Shown in pieces: positions 1 through 8,762 of a stretch of DNA of 20,000 bases. The notes under the pieces were generated by a model that made no database searches, was not told where the DNA came from, and worked only from the letters and a program-made list of their open reading frames with translations. The stretch lies in IMG/VR virus record IMGVR_UViG_3300009378_000006; one strand, given 5' to 3'. Position 1 is the stretch's first letter, and every line of letters begins with the position of its first letter. Source of the stretch: an uncultured virus (IMG/VR IMGVR_UViG_3300009378_000006) (lineage: Duplodnaviria > Heunggongvirae > Uroviricota > Caudoviricetes). A program made the position numbers and the translations under genes.

Positions 1-1
1 G

Positions 2-679
2 GATGAGGTATGCCCGCTGCTCGGGGTCGTTGAGGGCGTACTCCTGGGCGGCGACGTCGTCGTCGAACTGGGCGCACGTGTCGCACCGCTGGATGGACCA
101 GCCGCGGTTGGAGTCGAAGAGGTCCCAGCCCCGGCAGCCCGGGTCGCAGTCGTGGCCCTCGTCGAGGGAGGCGAACCCCTCGGTGGGGGCGAAGGCCGCG
201 GCCTCGCACTCGGCCAGAGCCTTGCCGTGAGGCAGCTGCTCCTTGAACCGCGCCTCGAGGGACAGCTTGATGTCGCCGGTGACGCCGAGGATCAGTGTGT
301 CGCCCTCGTTGGACAGCACGTCGTAGTGGATGTCGGTCATCAGGGGGTGGCCACAGCGCGCAGCCATGGTCTCCAGCACCGTCTCGACGTCGTGGCCGAT
401 GAACTCGGAGAGCTCCATCTTGATGGTGTAGGCGCGGTGGGTGTTCTCCTCGGGGATCCCGAGCTCCTTGATGATGGGGCGGTCCGGGCCATCCCCGTCG
501 TAGTAGTCGACCAGGAAGCGGTCGCCGTTGGGCATGGTGCACTCGAAGGCGTGCCGGTTGCCGGGGTCGCGCATCTGCTCCTCAGCTCGAGCACACGCCA
601 CCTGGAGGGCGTCCTCGGTGGTGTACTGCTCGTCTACGTCGAAGACGTCGGCAGCCCACTCGACGCGGATGTCTGGCAT
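2..679 (-). CDS. Hypothetical phage protein, partial (runs off the left edge)
   Basis: Open frame MPDIRVEWAADVFDVDEQY... from ATG at 679 with an upstream AGGAG RBS; high GC3; no stop before the window edge, hence absent from the ORF track. Confidence 0.8.
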   Translation of the reverse strand, partial: MPDIRVEWAADVFDVDEQYTTEDALQVACARAEEQMRDPGNRHAFECTMPNGDRFLVDYYDGDGPDRPIIKELGIPEENTHRAYTIKMELSEFIGHDVETVLETMAARCGHPLMTDIHYDVLSNEGDTLILGVTGDIKLSLEARFKEQLPHGKALAECEAAAFAPTEGFASLDEGHDCDPGCRGWDLFDSNRGWSIQRCDTCAQFDDDVAAQEYALNDPEQRAYLI

Positions 680-1095
680 GGGGTCTCCTCTCTCGGGGCC
701 ACGGTGACGAGGTGGGGGCCCTTGCCCCCACGGTCCGCCCTGTCCCTCTCGTACAGCACCTCGACGGTGCAGGGTTCGGTGATCAGCTGGGGCAGGACCT
801 CCTCGAGGAACACGTCGATCTCATCGCCGTAGTTCTTCAGGCTGCACACGACGTCCCAGACGCCGTCCACGACCTTCCTCGTGTTGTCTCCCCACTCTGG
901 GGGCATGTAGCAGACGGCGCCGCGGGGGATGAAGTCCCGGCGGCCGATCTTCGACCACTGCGGAATCTCCAGCTCCGGGGTGTCAGCTGCGATGTCGCTC
1001 CAGCTCGGCCACGGGTCCTTGTCCAGCCTGTCGGCTACTCGGGCACCCAGCTCGTTGAGCTTGGCGGTGAAGCGGACGCCGGTGTAGTCGCCCAT
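634..1095 (-). CDS. Hypothetical protein (153 aa)
   Basis: MGDYTGVRFTAKL...; start coupled to the upstream stop (TGATG); GGAGG RBS. Confidence 0.75.
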   Translation of the reverse strand: MGDYTGVRFTAKLNELGARVADRLDKDPWPSWSDIAADTPELEIPQWSKIGRRDFIPRGAVCYMPPEWGDNTRKVVDGVWDVVCSLKNYGDEIDVFLEEVLPQLITEPCTVEVLYERDRADRGGKGPHLVTVAPREETPCQTSASSGLPTSST

Positions 1096-1607
1096 CAGGT
1101 CCTCCCGTACTTCTTGTTGAGGCGGTCGCGCTCAGCGCGCTCCCGCTTGCGCTTGACCTCCTCGTCCGCCGCGGACCACACGGTGCCGAAGGTGGCGCCG
1201 TGGATGTCGACGACGGCCCAGCCGCCGCCGAAGCTGCCCAGCAGGGGCCGGGTGCAGGTCCCTGCCCAGGTCATCTTCCAGACCATCTTCGGGCGGAACT
1301 TCTTGATGAAGGCGTGCACGAACTCGGTGACGTGCTCCGCTCGGAAGCAGCCGCCATCGTCGTACATCCATACGCCCTCGGCGTCGACCTCCCAGGTGAA
1401 GCGCGGCCAGTCGTCGTCCTCGATGAGGGTGGGTTCGATGTGCTCCAGGAGGAAGGCTGTTTCCTCGTCCCCCTCCTGCTTGATGGTTTCGGCATCCCAG
1501 CCGCCGGTGGAGTCCACGGGGCGCAGGATCTTCTCGACCCACGCCTTCTCCTCGTCAGTCAGCTCCACGATGAGCTGGTCGCTGAATTGCTCGTAGTAGT
1601 CAGCCAT
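1095..1607 (-). CDS. Hypothetical protein (170 aa)
   Basis: Start reassigned to MADYYEQF (ATG 1607) after GAGGAG; protein-like composition. Confidence 0.8.
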   Translation of the reverse strand: MADYYEQFSDQLIVELTDEEKAWVEKILRPVDSTGGWDAETIKQEGDEETAFLLEHIEPTLIEDDDWPRFTWEVDAEGVWMYDDGGCFRAEHVTEFVHAFIKKFRPKMVWKMTWAGTCTRPLLGSFGGGWAVVDIHGATFGTVWSAADEEVKRKRERAERDRLNKKYGRT

Positions 1608-1884
1608 CGTCGTTCTCCTCGTCCTGGCACGGGTAGCAGTCGCAGCACTCACACAGCTCGTTGCCGTGCTCGTCCAGACCCATGAACTCCGGTGCGCTCC
1701 GCTGCTCGATGAGCAGCTTGGCCATCTCGGCGGGTGTGACCTTGATGCACTCCTGGGTCTTCACGTCCCCGGAGAACGCGCCCGTCTCGGCCTCGGTCAG
1801 GCACTCCTTGAGGTCTGCGTCGCCGAGGTCCTCGTCCTGGGACAGGATCTCGACCACGAACGTGGTCTTGTAGTAGTCAGCCAT
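1600..1884 (-). CDS. Small acidic hypothetical protein with C-terminal Cys cluster (CECCDCYPC)
   Basis: MADYYKTT...; GAGGAGG RBS; 8-nt overlaps with both neighbours. Confidence 0.8.
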   Translation of the reverse strand: MADYYKTTFVVEILSQDEDLGDADLKECLTEAETGAFSGDVKTQECIKVTPAEMAKLLIEQRSAPEFMGLDEHGNELCECCDCYPCQDEENDDG

Positions 1885-2686
1885 CGTCTTCCTCCTCGAA
1901 GATGCTCAGCGCCTCCTCCACGAGGGTGGGGGCGTGCTTGTCCAGGATGCGCCGCCAGCTGGGGTCCTCCAGCATGCGGGACACGAGGCTCCAGCACTGG
2001 TTGGCACGCTCCTGCGGCGGCGTCTTGCGGTCCGGGGCCTTGAGAGCCAGCATCGCCCCGTCGACGACCTTGCCCAGGTGGTGCAGCATGTCGGCGAAGG
2101 CGATGGCGGGCTGCCGCCTGTTGAACTTGGCCACCGCGCTGTAGCTGAGGTCCACGTCCTGGTAGTGGTCGAGGTCCTCGCAGATCTCCTCCACGCTGAC
2201 CCAGACCTTGTAGTCCATGAATGGGGCCTTCTCGACCTCGCAGTCGAGGCACCAGCCGTTCTCCTCGATGGAGAGGCGGTGCTGGACGGCGACGCCGCCG
2301 TAGATGGTCCGGCACTTCGGGCAGATGAAGTCGGGGATGGTGATGTTCTCCCCGCACTCGCCGCGGCACACGGCGATCAGGGTGCTGTGCTTGCCCTCGC
2401 CCCGCCGCTCGTGGCCGACGGTGCCGCACTCGCACAGCGGGCACTCATCGCCCTCGTCCACGTCGAGCAGGTCGTACTTGGTGTACTTCTCCAGGGTGAA
2501 GGGCGCGTTGAAGACGGCGCAGAACTGCGCCTTCCGGAAGCGCGCCTGGGTCAGCAGGTTGTCGTTGGCCCAGTCCACCAGCACGTCGTGGTTGGGGTTG
2601 GTGACGCTGGTCAGGAAGTCGGGCACCGCCACCACGACGGTCTCCCAGGTGTGGTCGTCGAAGGCGAGGATGTACTCAACGCGCAT
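1877..2686 (-). CDS. Hypothetical multi-Zn-ribbon protein
   Basis: Start MRVEYIL (2686) after GGAGG; motifs CPLC, CRGEC, CPKC, CLDC. Confidence 0.8.
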   Translation of the reverse strand: MRVEYILAFDDHTWETVVVAVPDFLTSVTNPNHDVLVDWANDNLLTQARFRKAQFCAVFNAPFTLEKYTKYDLLDVDEGDECPLCECGTVGHERRGEGKHSTLIAVCRGECGENITIPDFICPKCRTIYGGVAVQHRLSIEENGWCLDCEVEKAPFMDYKVWVSVEEICEDLDHYQDVDLSYSAVAKFNRRQPAIAFADMLHHLGKVVDGAMLALKAPDRKTPPQERANQCWSLVSRMLEDPSWRRILDKHAPTLVEEALSIFEEEDDG

Positions 2687-2975
2687 CGTCATCCTCCAGG
2701 TCGAGCTCGTTGCACTTCCGGTCGATGTACTCCTGCTGCCGGCGCGCACGCCACTTGGAGAGCATGCCGAGGATGAGGAAGCACCACAGGGGGATGCAGA
2801 TGACGCCGGAGACGATGATGCCCGCGAGGACGCCGCGGTTGAGGATGAGCTCGGCCTCCCACTCGGGGCGGACGAGCCACAGGACGAAGCAGAAGATGGC
2901 GGACCACGAGATCAGGTGCCAGAAGGTGGCCATGGTCATCATGAAGACGCGCTCGCCGTTGGTGCGGTACTTCAC
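2676..2975 (-). CDS. Small membrane protein (2 predicted TM segments)
   Basis: GTG start in a GTGA overlap; two hydrophobic stretches followed by a basic segment. Confidence 0.75.
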   Translation of the reverse strand: MKYRTNGERVFMMTMATFWHLISWSAIFCFVLWLVRPEWEAELILNRGVLAGIIVSGVICIPLWCFLILGMLSKWRARRQQEYIDRKCNELDLEDDDAR

Positions 2976-3322
2976 TTCGACACCTCCAGGCCGATGACGA
3001 ACCACAGCTCGTCACCGCCATCCTCCTCGTTGTAGGTGTGGTCCCAGTCCAGCGAGAGCTCCGTGGAGCAGTCGGGGCACGTCATCTCGAAGGTGGGTGC
3101 CGCGAGCTCGCAGATGGGCTCCTCGAGGTCGACGAGGCAGTGGGGGCAGATCGGGGGCCACTTGAAGTGGTCCGAGCCCACGTGGGGGTTGTAGGCCTTG
3201 GCCTTGTCAGGCTCAGGCTTCTCCGTCTCCGGAGGCACCAGGGGCTTCACAGGGATCGGGCCGAGGCCCGTCCACTGCTCCAGCTCCTTGCGCATCTCCT
3301 TGTCGTCCTTGTCGCTCAACAT
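2972..3322 (-). CDS. Hypothetical Zn-ribbon protein
   Basis: CPHC...CPDC; GGAG/AGGA RBS. Confidence 0.75.
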   Translation of the reverse strand: MLSDKDDKEMRKELEQWTGLGPIPVKPLVPPETEKPEPDKAKAYNPHVGSDHFKWPPICPHCLVDLEEPICELAAPTFEMTCPDCSTELSLDWDHTYNEEDGGDELWFVIGLEVSK

Positions 3323-3665
3323 CAGTCCTCTCCAGCCACTGGCGCCTCATGCGCAGGGCTTCTTGCAGGGTTTCGGGCACGTCCACCTCGTCCCGGTAGT
3401 TGCTCCCAGTGCAGGTGAAGCGCTGGCAGATCCCGGGGCGGTTCTCGTAGTCGATGCAGCCCACGTCGGGCCGGTAGTTGCGGCAGAAGGCACGCCACAG
3501 GGTCGTGGGCTGCTCGTTGCCTGGGATGATGACCTCGCTGTTCTCCTGCTGGGAGTAGATGACCAGCAGGGACTCGAACTCTGGGAGCATGTTGGGTCGG
3601 GTGCTGCCCCACACAGGCGGGAGGTAGATGTTGCGACAGCAGCGGCCACACTTCTGGCAGGTCAA
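3213..3665 (-). CDS. YkgJ/CxxCxxCC-family putative Zn/Fe-S cluster protein
   Basis: CQKCGRCC ... C ... CIDYENRPGICQRFTC, the YkgJ-type signature; TTG start overlaps the upstream stop; 3' end uncertain. Confidence 0.7.
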   Translation of the reverse strand: MTCQKCGRCCRNIYLPPVWGSTRPNMLPEFESLLVIYSQQENSEVIIPGNEQPTTLWRAFCRNYRPDVGCIDYENRPGICQRFTCTGSNYRDEVDVPETLQEALRMRRQWLERTDVERQGRQGDAQGAGAVDGPRPDPCEAPGASGDGEA

Positions 3666-3988
3666 TACTTGTTCACCTTCGGGTACGCCTCGTCGAGCCC
3701 GGGCCGGCCCTTCTCGTGGCGGATGAAGTGCTGCTTCGCTCCCGTGATGATCGGGGTCTTGTGTGCGTCGACCAGGTAGTCCGCGTAGGCGTGGGCCATC
3801 ATGCGGCCGAGGTATTCGGCCTCGCGCGTGGTGGGGTGGTCTGGTGGGGCGTAGCGGTCGGCCTCCAGCTCCTCTTCGGCCTGGTGCAGTGAGGCTCCGC
3901 AGCTCTCGCAGGAGTCGAGCCCCTCTGCCTCGAGGAAGTCCTCGTAGAACTCGGCGGAGCAGTCGGGGCAGATGACGATGACGCTCAC
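3662..3988 (-). CDS. Hypothetical Zn-ribbon protein
   Basis: CPDC...CESC; GTGA coupling. Confidence 0.7.
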   Translation of the reverse strand: MSVIVICPDCSAEFYEDFLEAEGLDSCESCGASLHQAEEELEADRYAPPDHPTTREAEYLGRMMAHAYADYLVDAHKTPIITGAKQHFIRHEKGRPGLDEAYPKVNKY

Positions 3989-4440
3989 GGCATCCCCCTC
4001 ATCAGCTCCTTGTAGTCGAAGGGGCTCCCCAGTGCGTTGACGACCGACACAGTCTCGCTGCTGAAGTCCTGGGGCTCATTGTTGCGGAGCTCCACCCACC
4101 TGGAGACCTCGATGCGGTCCATGACGAAGTCGATGCCCTCCTCCGTGGGACGGTACTCTCCCCGGCCCCTGCGCTCCAGCAGGCCCCAGTGGACGAGGTA
4201 GGACGCGTCCGTGGAGGACTTCCGGGTTCCTGCGGCGTCCAGGTCGCGGACGTGGGTCCACTCCCCGGTCCGCCGGTATTGCCTGACGAGGTGGATGAGG
4301 AAGGTGGCCATCTCCCGGTGGAGCTTCCGCCGGTAGACCTTGACGAAATGCCGGCAGCAGGGGCACTCCACCCCGTCGCGTGCGCGAGCGTCCACGTAGT
4401 CTCTGGCCTCCTTCAGGGGTGTCTTGGGCCCGAGGATCAT
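3985..4440 (-). CDS. Hypothetical protein, CPCC motif plus possible winged-helix DNA-binding region
   Basis: CPCC, then LVHWGLLERRGRGEYRPTEEG, resembling a wHTH wing; ATGA coupling. Confidence 0.7.
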   Translation of the reverse strand: MILGPKTPLKEARDYVDARARDGVECPCCRHFVKVYRRKLHREMATFLIHLVRQYRRTGEWTHVRDLDAAGTRKSSTDASYLVHWGLLERRGRGEYRPTEEGIDFVMDRIEVSRWVELRNNEPQDFSSETVSVVNALGSPFDYKELMRGMP

Positions 4441-5078
4441 CGTGCCAGCCCCAGCAGCATGAGGGCGAGGTCGTTGGCCACGGCCTCACGCTCGGCCTCG
4501 TTGTCCAGGCAGGCTCCGTCGTTCCGGATGAGGGCAAGCAGGAGCTTGTTCGTCAGCCACTCCTCCTCGGTCTCCTCCCCCAGCTTCATGCAGGGGATGA
4601 TGATGTTGGCCTTGCTGAAGTGGTCGAGGTCCTCCTCGAACTCGTCGATGGTGGCCGCCAGGCGCGTCACACGCTCGTCGGTGACGGAGGCCGGCCGCAG
4701 CTCGGCCAGGCGCGCCTTGAGCTCACGCAGGTTGTAGCCGAAGGCCTCCTTGGCGCCCTCGTCGTCGGGCGGCCGGGGGATGATGGTGTACACCAGCGTC
4801 GAGAGGGCCTCGGTGGTCTCGCTGTCCCACTCGTGGTCAGGGTCCCCGTGGGGGTGCAGGACCCCGTGCATCTGCTCGAGCACCCGCAGCATGAGGCGGC
4901 CTCTCGAGTAGTCCTCGGGGGGATCCAGGATGCGGGGGTGCCCCTCGACGCCCGTGCGCTCCTTGATGTGCTCGGCGTGCCCCTGGATGAGGCACAGGGG
5001 ACAGTATGCGGCGTTGTTGCGGGTGACGTAGGACGGCTGGTCGCCGTGCCTGGGGCAGTCAATCCTGGGGTGGTCCAT
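4437..5078 (-). CDS. Hypothetical protein (213 aa)
   Basis: GAGGAG RBS; N-terminal CPRH...CPLC. Confidence 0.75.
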   Translation of the reverse strand: MDHPRIDCPRHGDQPSYVTRNNAAYCPLCLIQGHAEHIKERTGVEGHPRILDPPEDYSRGRLMLRVLEQMHGVLHPHGDPDHEWDSETTEALSTLVYTIIPRPPDDEGAKEAFGYNLRELKARLAELRPASVTDERVTRLAATIDEFEEDLDHFSKANIIIPCMKLGEETEEEWLTNKLLLALIRNDGACLDNEAEREAVANDLALMLLGLAR

Positions 5079-6015
5079 CGGACTCCTCCTCTCCTCCCAC
5101 CGTGACGGTCAGGTTGACGAGCTCCACCGGCGTCGCGGGCAGGTAGACGGCCTTCAGGTGCTCGCCATCGTACTCGGTCTTCTCGAGCAGCATCTTGCCC
5201 ACGTGGCGTCTGTGGCCGTCGGGGCCCACAGTCCAGACCTGCCCCGACCTGGGGTTCATCTCGCAGGCCTTGAGGTCCCACCAGGCCGCGAGGATCTGGT
5301 TGCCTGCGGCGCGCATGTCCTCCTCGGGCCGGGTCTCGTGGATGAACCGCTCGGCGGCGGAGCGCACGGTCTCGACGATGAAGTCGGAGATCCAGGACTC
5401 GAAGGCCTTGGGGTCCTCGGCCAGCGCCGCCTTGACGTGCTCGCACTCGTTGAAGCCCTTGCCGCAGACGTTGCAGGTGTCGACGAACTTCAGGGGCTTC
5501 AGCGTCTCCGCTCCCTGCGCGTCCAGCGCGTTCCCCATCCCCACGAGGATGGGACCCAGCAGCTGGTCGACCTCCTGGTCTCGGCTGTGCAGGTGTCTCG
5601 CGAGGGTGTCGCGGTGGGGCATGTCCTCGCTCTTCAGGGCCGCCTCGAAGGCGCTGGCGATCTCGCCCCAGCCCCAGATGAACGAGCCATCAGCACTGGT
5701 GCGTCTCTCCGGGAGCGGGTCGCGGGTGGGGGTCCAGTCCTCACCGCGGTACTGCACCAGGCCGGCGTCCCACTCGCTGTAGTGGTCGCTGGAGCGGTCG
5801 AAGAAGATGCGGTGCCGGACGAGGAACTCCTCGAGCTCCTCGAAGCGGCCATAGGAGGCCTCGGAGTTGCCGGCGTGGAAGTCGTCGCCCTCCTCGAAGG
5901 TGGAGTCGACCTCGTAGGGGTCGAAGTTCTCGATGATCATCTCGTGGATACGTGGGACGAGCCACTTGGGCACGTCCCCCCCGATGCAGATGCTGCCCCA
6001 GAAGCGCTCACCCAT
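5059..6015 (-). CDS. Hypothetical protein (318 aa)
   Basis: Long high-GC3 ORF; TGATG coupling to the ATPase gene. Confidence 0.8.
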   Translation of the reverse strand: MGERFWGSICIGGDVPKWLVPRIHEMIIENFDPYEVDSTFEEGDDFHAGNSEASYGRFEELEEFLVRHRIFFDRSSDHYSEWDAGLVQYRGEDWTPTRDPLPERRTSADGSFIWGWGEIASAFEAALKSEDMPHRDTLARHLHSRDQEVDQLLGPILVGMGNALDAQGAETLKPLKFVDTCNVCGKGFNECEHVKAALAEDPKAFESWISDFIVETVRSAAERFIHETRPEEDMRAAGNQILAAWWDLKACEMNPRSGQVWTVGPDGHRRHVGKMLLEKTEYDGEHLKAVYLPATPVELVNLTVTVGGEEESDGPPQD

Positions 6016-6956
6016 CAGAGCACCGACCTTCTCGTCCCGGGCTTGGACGGAGCGCGCAGGTTGGGCGGCGGGACCATCAGCTCGACGGCCGCGATGTCGA
6101 CGCCGGCCTTGGCCTGGACGCGGGCATGGAAGGTGTCGCGCTCGGTCCCCTCGTCGTAGCGGTAGGACAGCAGCTTCAGGGCCTTGTCCAGCCCCATCGC
6201 CTGCGCGTCCTCCAGGGCCTGGACGAGGTCGCGTGTGCTGAGCTGGTAGGCCATGTCACCGGAGCGGGTCTCCTGGGCGACGGACAGCATGGTGTCCACC
6301 CACTTCTCGTCGATGCCCGGCAGCACGGTCATGGCGATGACGCGCTCGGGGGAGATGCCCTTGACCAGGTCGAGCTCGGGGTAGCCGACCCACAGCTGCC
6401 TGAAGCGGCTCTGGAGGTCCTCGTTGAGCGCGTACGTGCCGCCGTGGGCCGCGGGGTTCATGGTGCCGATGGTCCAGAGCTTGGCCTTCTTGGCGGTCTT
6501 GAAGACGCGGCCGAGGGAGGGGATGCTGACCTGGCGCTGCCAGTCGGCGAAGCTGTTCAGCCCCTTCTGGAGCTGGGGGGTGAGGCCGTTGATCTCGTTG
6601 AGGAGCAGCACCACGCCGGCGGGCTTGTCCGGGTCCGTGCTGTCCATGATCTCGTTGGCCACGTCGATGGCCGAGGTGAGGCACCCGAGGGTGAAGTAGA
6701 TGTGGTCGCCTTCCATGCCCAGGGCGCCGTAGAGGTGCTTCTCGCGCGTGCCCTCGGTGCAGCCGAACTCGATGACGAGGTAGTTGTGCTGGGCCGCCCA
6801 GGCGTAGACGCCCATGGTCTTGCCCACGCCCTTGGGGCCGAAGATGATGAGGGGCCTGCCCTCGAGCAGGTCCAGCGCACCCAGCAGGCCCACGGCATCC
6901 ACATACCCCGGGTCCTCCACGTGCAGGTCCTTGATGTCCAAACGACGAATCTCCAC
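6015..6956 (-). CDS. MoxR/CbbQ-like AAA+ ATPase (313 aa)
   Basis: Walker A GPKGVGKT, Walker B-like VLLLNE, TMNP sensor, LNEDLQSRF arginine finger, STRDL sensor II; GTG at 6956 preceded by AAGGAGGT. Confidence 0.85.
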   Translation of the reverse strand: MEIRRLDIKDLHVEDPGYVDAVGLLGALDLLEGRPLIIFGPKGVGKTMGVYAWAAQHNYLVIEFGCTEGTREKHLYGALGMEGDHIYFTLGCLTSAIDVANEIMDSTDPDKPAGVVLLLNEINGLTPQLQKGLNSFADWQRQVSIPSLGRVFKTAKKAKLWTIGTMNPAAHGGTYALNEDLQSRFRQLWVGYPELDLVKGISPERVIAMTVLPGIDEKWVDTMLSVAQETRSGDMAYQLSTRDLVQALEDAQAMGLDKALKLLSYRYDEGTERDTFHARVQAKAGVDIAAVELMVPPPNLRAPSKPGTRRSVL

Positions 6957-6994
6957 TGCCGTACCTCCTTGGCTGTTTGCAGCTACGTTCGAGT

Positions 6995-7023
6995 CTCTTA
7001 TCCCCGAAACCCTCGCATATTTG
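6995..7023 (-). promoter_or_regulatory. Putative phage-specific promoter, copy 1 (CAAA-N18-ATAAGAG)
   Basis: Motif shared by five intergenic sites; lies just upstream of the RBS of the first gene of the left operon. Confidence 0.7.
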
Positions 7024-7051
7024 ATTACGCGCGAAGGGCACTTTGCGGGGT

Positions 7052-7068
7052 CGCGACAGACTGTCGCG
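7052..7068. promoter_or_regulatory. Palindromic operator-like site CGCGACAG-A-CTGTCGCG
   Basis: Perfect 8-bp arms between divergent promoters; 7054-7070 is repeated inverted at 19318-19334. Confidence 0.6.
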
Positions 7069-7145
7069 GGCGGCGCCTGGCTCGGACATGCGGACTGAGT
7101 ATCAGAGGTCTGCACCAACTGGGGGTTGTTGTGTAAAGGAATCCG

Positions 7146-7175
7146 TTGACAACGCCTGCGACAGGACGGGATACT
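7146..7175 (+). promoter_or_regulatory. Sigma70-type promoter TTGACA-N18-GATACT
   Basis: Perfect -35 hexamer and a lambda pL-type -10; predicted +1 falls at or near the ATG at 7183. Confidence 0.65.
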
Positions 7176-7182
7176 CCCAGCG

Positions 7183-7539
7183 ATGGGCAACGACAATGGG
7201 CAGGTGAAAGAGGTCGGACAGGTCGGCACAACCCCGCTGACCCGGAGCACCATGGCCACCCCCGCAGCCGTCGAGATCCTCGGCGGCCTCGTCGTCCGAC
7301 AGCTCATCGAGTACGGCCACGTCACCTTCCGCATCAACCCGCCCGACGAGGGTGTCCACCTCATCGAGCCTTGGCGGGTCACCATCGACGGCGCGCCCCT
7401 GGCCATCCCACCTCACGCTCTGCTCGACGCCCTGACCGAAGAAGCCGCCATGGAGAAGATGATCCAGCAGGGGATGACCGACCAGGAGATCGTTCTGGCC
7501 CTGCAGGAGAGAGCCCGCCGCACCCACGTCAAGCAGTGA
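7183..7539 (+). CDS. Hypothetical protein (118 aa), possibly leaderless
   Basis: High-GC3 ORF; no RBS before the ATG; directly after the sigma70-like promoter. Confidence 0.7.
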   Translation: MGNDNGQVKEVGQVGTTPLTRSTMATPAAVEILGGLVVRQLIEYGHVTFRINPPDEGVHLIEPWRVTIDGAPLAIPPHALLDALTEEAAMEKMIQQGMTDQEIVLALQERARRTHVKQ

Positions 7540-7557
7540 GGCGGGGGAGGACTGGAT

Positions 7558-7803
7558 ATGCACCTCAACACCGCTGCTGCCCTCATTCTCGCCGCCGGCG
7601 TCCTCGCCCTCGGCTACTTCTGGCCGGCCAAGGCTGACCTGAACTCGGTCGTACCCTATGCCGCTCAGGGGTGGTTCGAGGTAGAGTGTTCGGACGTGGA
7701 CTGCATCCGGTACAATCCGAGAACTGGGGAGAGCTGGATCATGGCGTGTCCGGGGGCGCCCAAGGGCTGCGAGTGGGATCCCATCGAGGTACGTGAGCCG
7801 TGA
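7558..7803 (+). CDS. Small exported/membrane-anchored Cys-containing protein
   Basis: GGAGG RBS; N-terminal hydrophobic segment; four Cys. Confidence 0.7.
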   Translation: MHLNTAAALILAAGVLALGYFWPAKADLNSVVPYAAQGWFEVECSDVDCIRYNPRTGESWIMACPGAPKGCEWDPIEVREP

Positions 7804-7868
7804 CTACCGGCCGCCTTGCACCAACCGCCGGGCCGAGCTTCGGCGCGGACAGAAACAGGGAGTTCGAG

Positions 7869-8762
7869 ATGAGCATGGACATCGTGAAGCGCGGGGACCG
7901 CAACGACACCGTCAAGGAGCTGCAGCAGCGGCTCAACATCCACGGCCTCAACGCCGGGCGCCCCGACGGCATCTTCGGCCGCGGCACCGAGCGCGCGGTC
8001 AAGGACTTCTGCCGGAAGAACGAGCTCGTCTTCGACGGCACCGTCGGCCCGCACATCTGGGCCGTGCTACTCACGGACCCGCCCAAGACCGGCATGGAGC
8101 CGGACGTGGCCATCCCTGGCGGCTCCCGCCTCGCCCAGACCTGGAACAAGTACGGCAAGGTCCTGCAGGAGCAGGCCGTGGAGATGGGCGTGAGTCCCGC
8201 CGCCGTGCTGGCCGTGCTGCTCGTCGAGGCCGGGGGCATGGCCTTCGGCTACAAGGGCGCCCTGCTGGCCCGGTTCGAGAACCACGTGTTCTGGGACTAC
8301 TGGGGCAAGAAGGGCAACGAGGCCAAGTTCAAGGAGCACTTCCGCTACAGCTCCGGCAAGCGCTGGACTGGCCACGAGGTGCGCTTCGAGGGCGGCGAGT
8401 GGGAGAAGTGCCACACCTCCCAGAAGCACGAGTGGAAGGTGCTGGCCCTGGCCGTGTCCCTGGACGCCGAGGCCGCCTACGACGCCACCAGCTTCGGGCT
8501 GCCCCAGATGATGGGGTTCAACGCGGAGACCTGTGGCTACGCCAACGCCGTGGCCATGGTCAACGCCTGGTCCAAGTCTGCGGCCGCGCAGATCGACGGC
8601 ATGTTCGAGTTCATCGAGGCCAACCGCAAGATGCACGCCGCGCTCAAGGCCGGCGACTACGTCACCTTCGCGCGCTACTACAACGGCCCGGGCAAGTCCG
8701 AGGACTACGGCGCCAAGATCGCCGACGCCGCGGCGCGCGCCAAGGCCGCGGGAGTGAGCTGA
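7869..8762 (+). CDS. Endolysin: N-terminal peptidoglycan-binding domain plus N-acetylmuramidase (DUF3380-type)
   Basis: VKELQQRL...DGIFGRGTERAVKDF (PG_binding_1-like); AVLLVEAGG, RFENHVF, SFGLPQMMGFN, FARYYNGPG (muramidase motifs); AGGGAG RBS. Confidence 0.9.
   Translation: MSMDIVKRGDRNDTVKELQQRLNIHGLNAGRPDGIFGRGTERAVKDFCRKNELVFDGTVGPHIWAVLLTDPPKTGMEPDVAIPGGSRLAQTWNKYGKVLQEQAVEMGVSPAAVLAVLLVEAGGMAFGYKGALLARFENHVFWDYWGKKGNEAKFKEHFRYSSGKRWTGHEVRFEGGEWEKCHTSQKHEWKVLALAVSLDAEAAYDATSFGLPQMMGFNAETCGYANAVAMVNAWSKSAAAQIDGMFEFIEANRKMHAALKAGDYVTFARYYNGPGKSEDYGAKIADAAARAKAAGVS

Noticed and set aside
152..7136. Long plus-strand ORFs (e.g. 712-1596, 1934-2776, 5158-6159, 5952-7136)
   Set aside because: Antisense shadows of high-GC3 minus-strand genes; no RBS or recognisable motifs
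6957..7406. 150-aa N-terminal extension of the AAA+ ATPase in the ORF track
   Set aside because: It spans the promoter/operator region and the opposite-strand gene; the strong RBS marks GTG 6956 as the start
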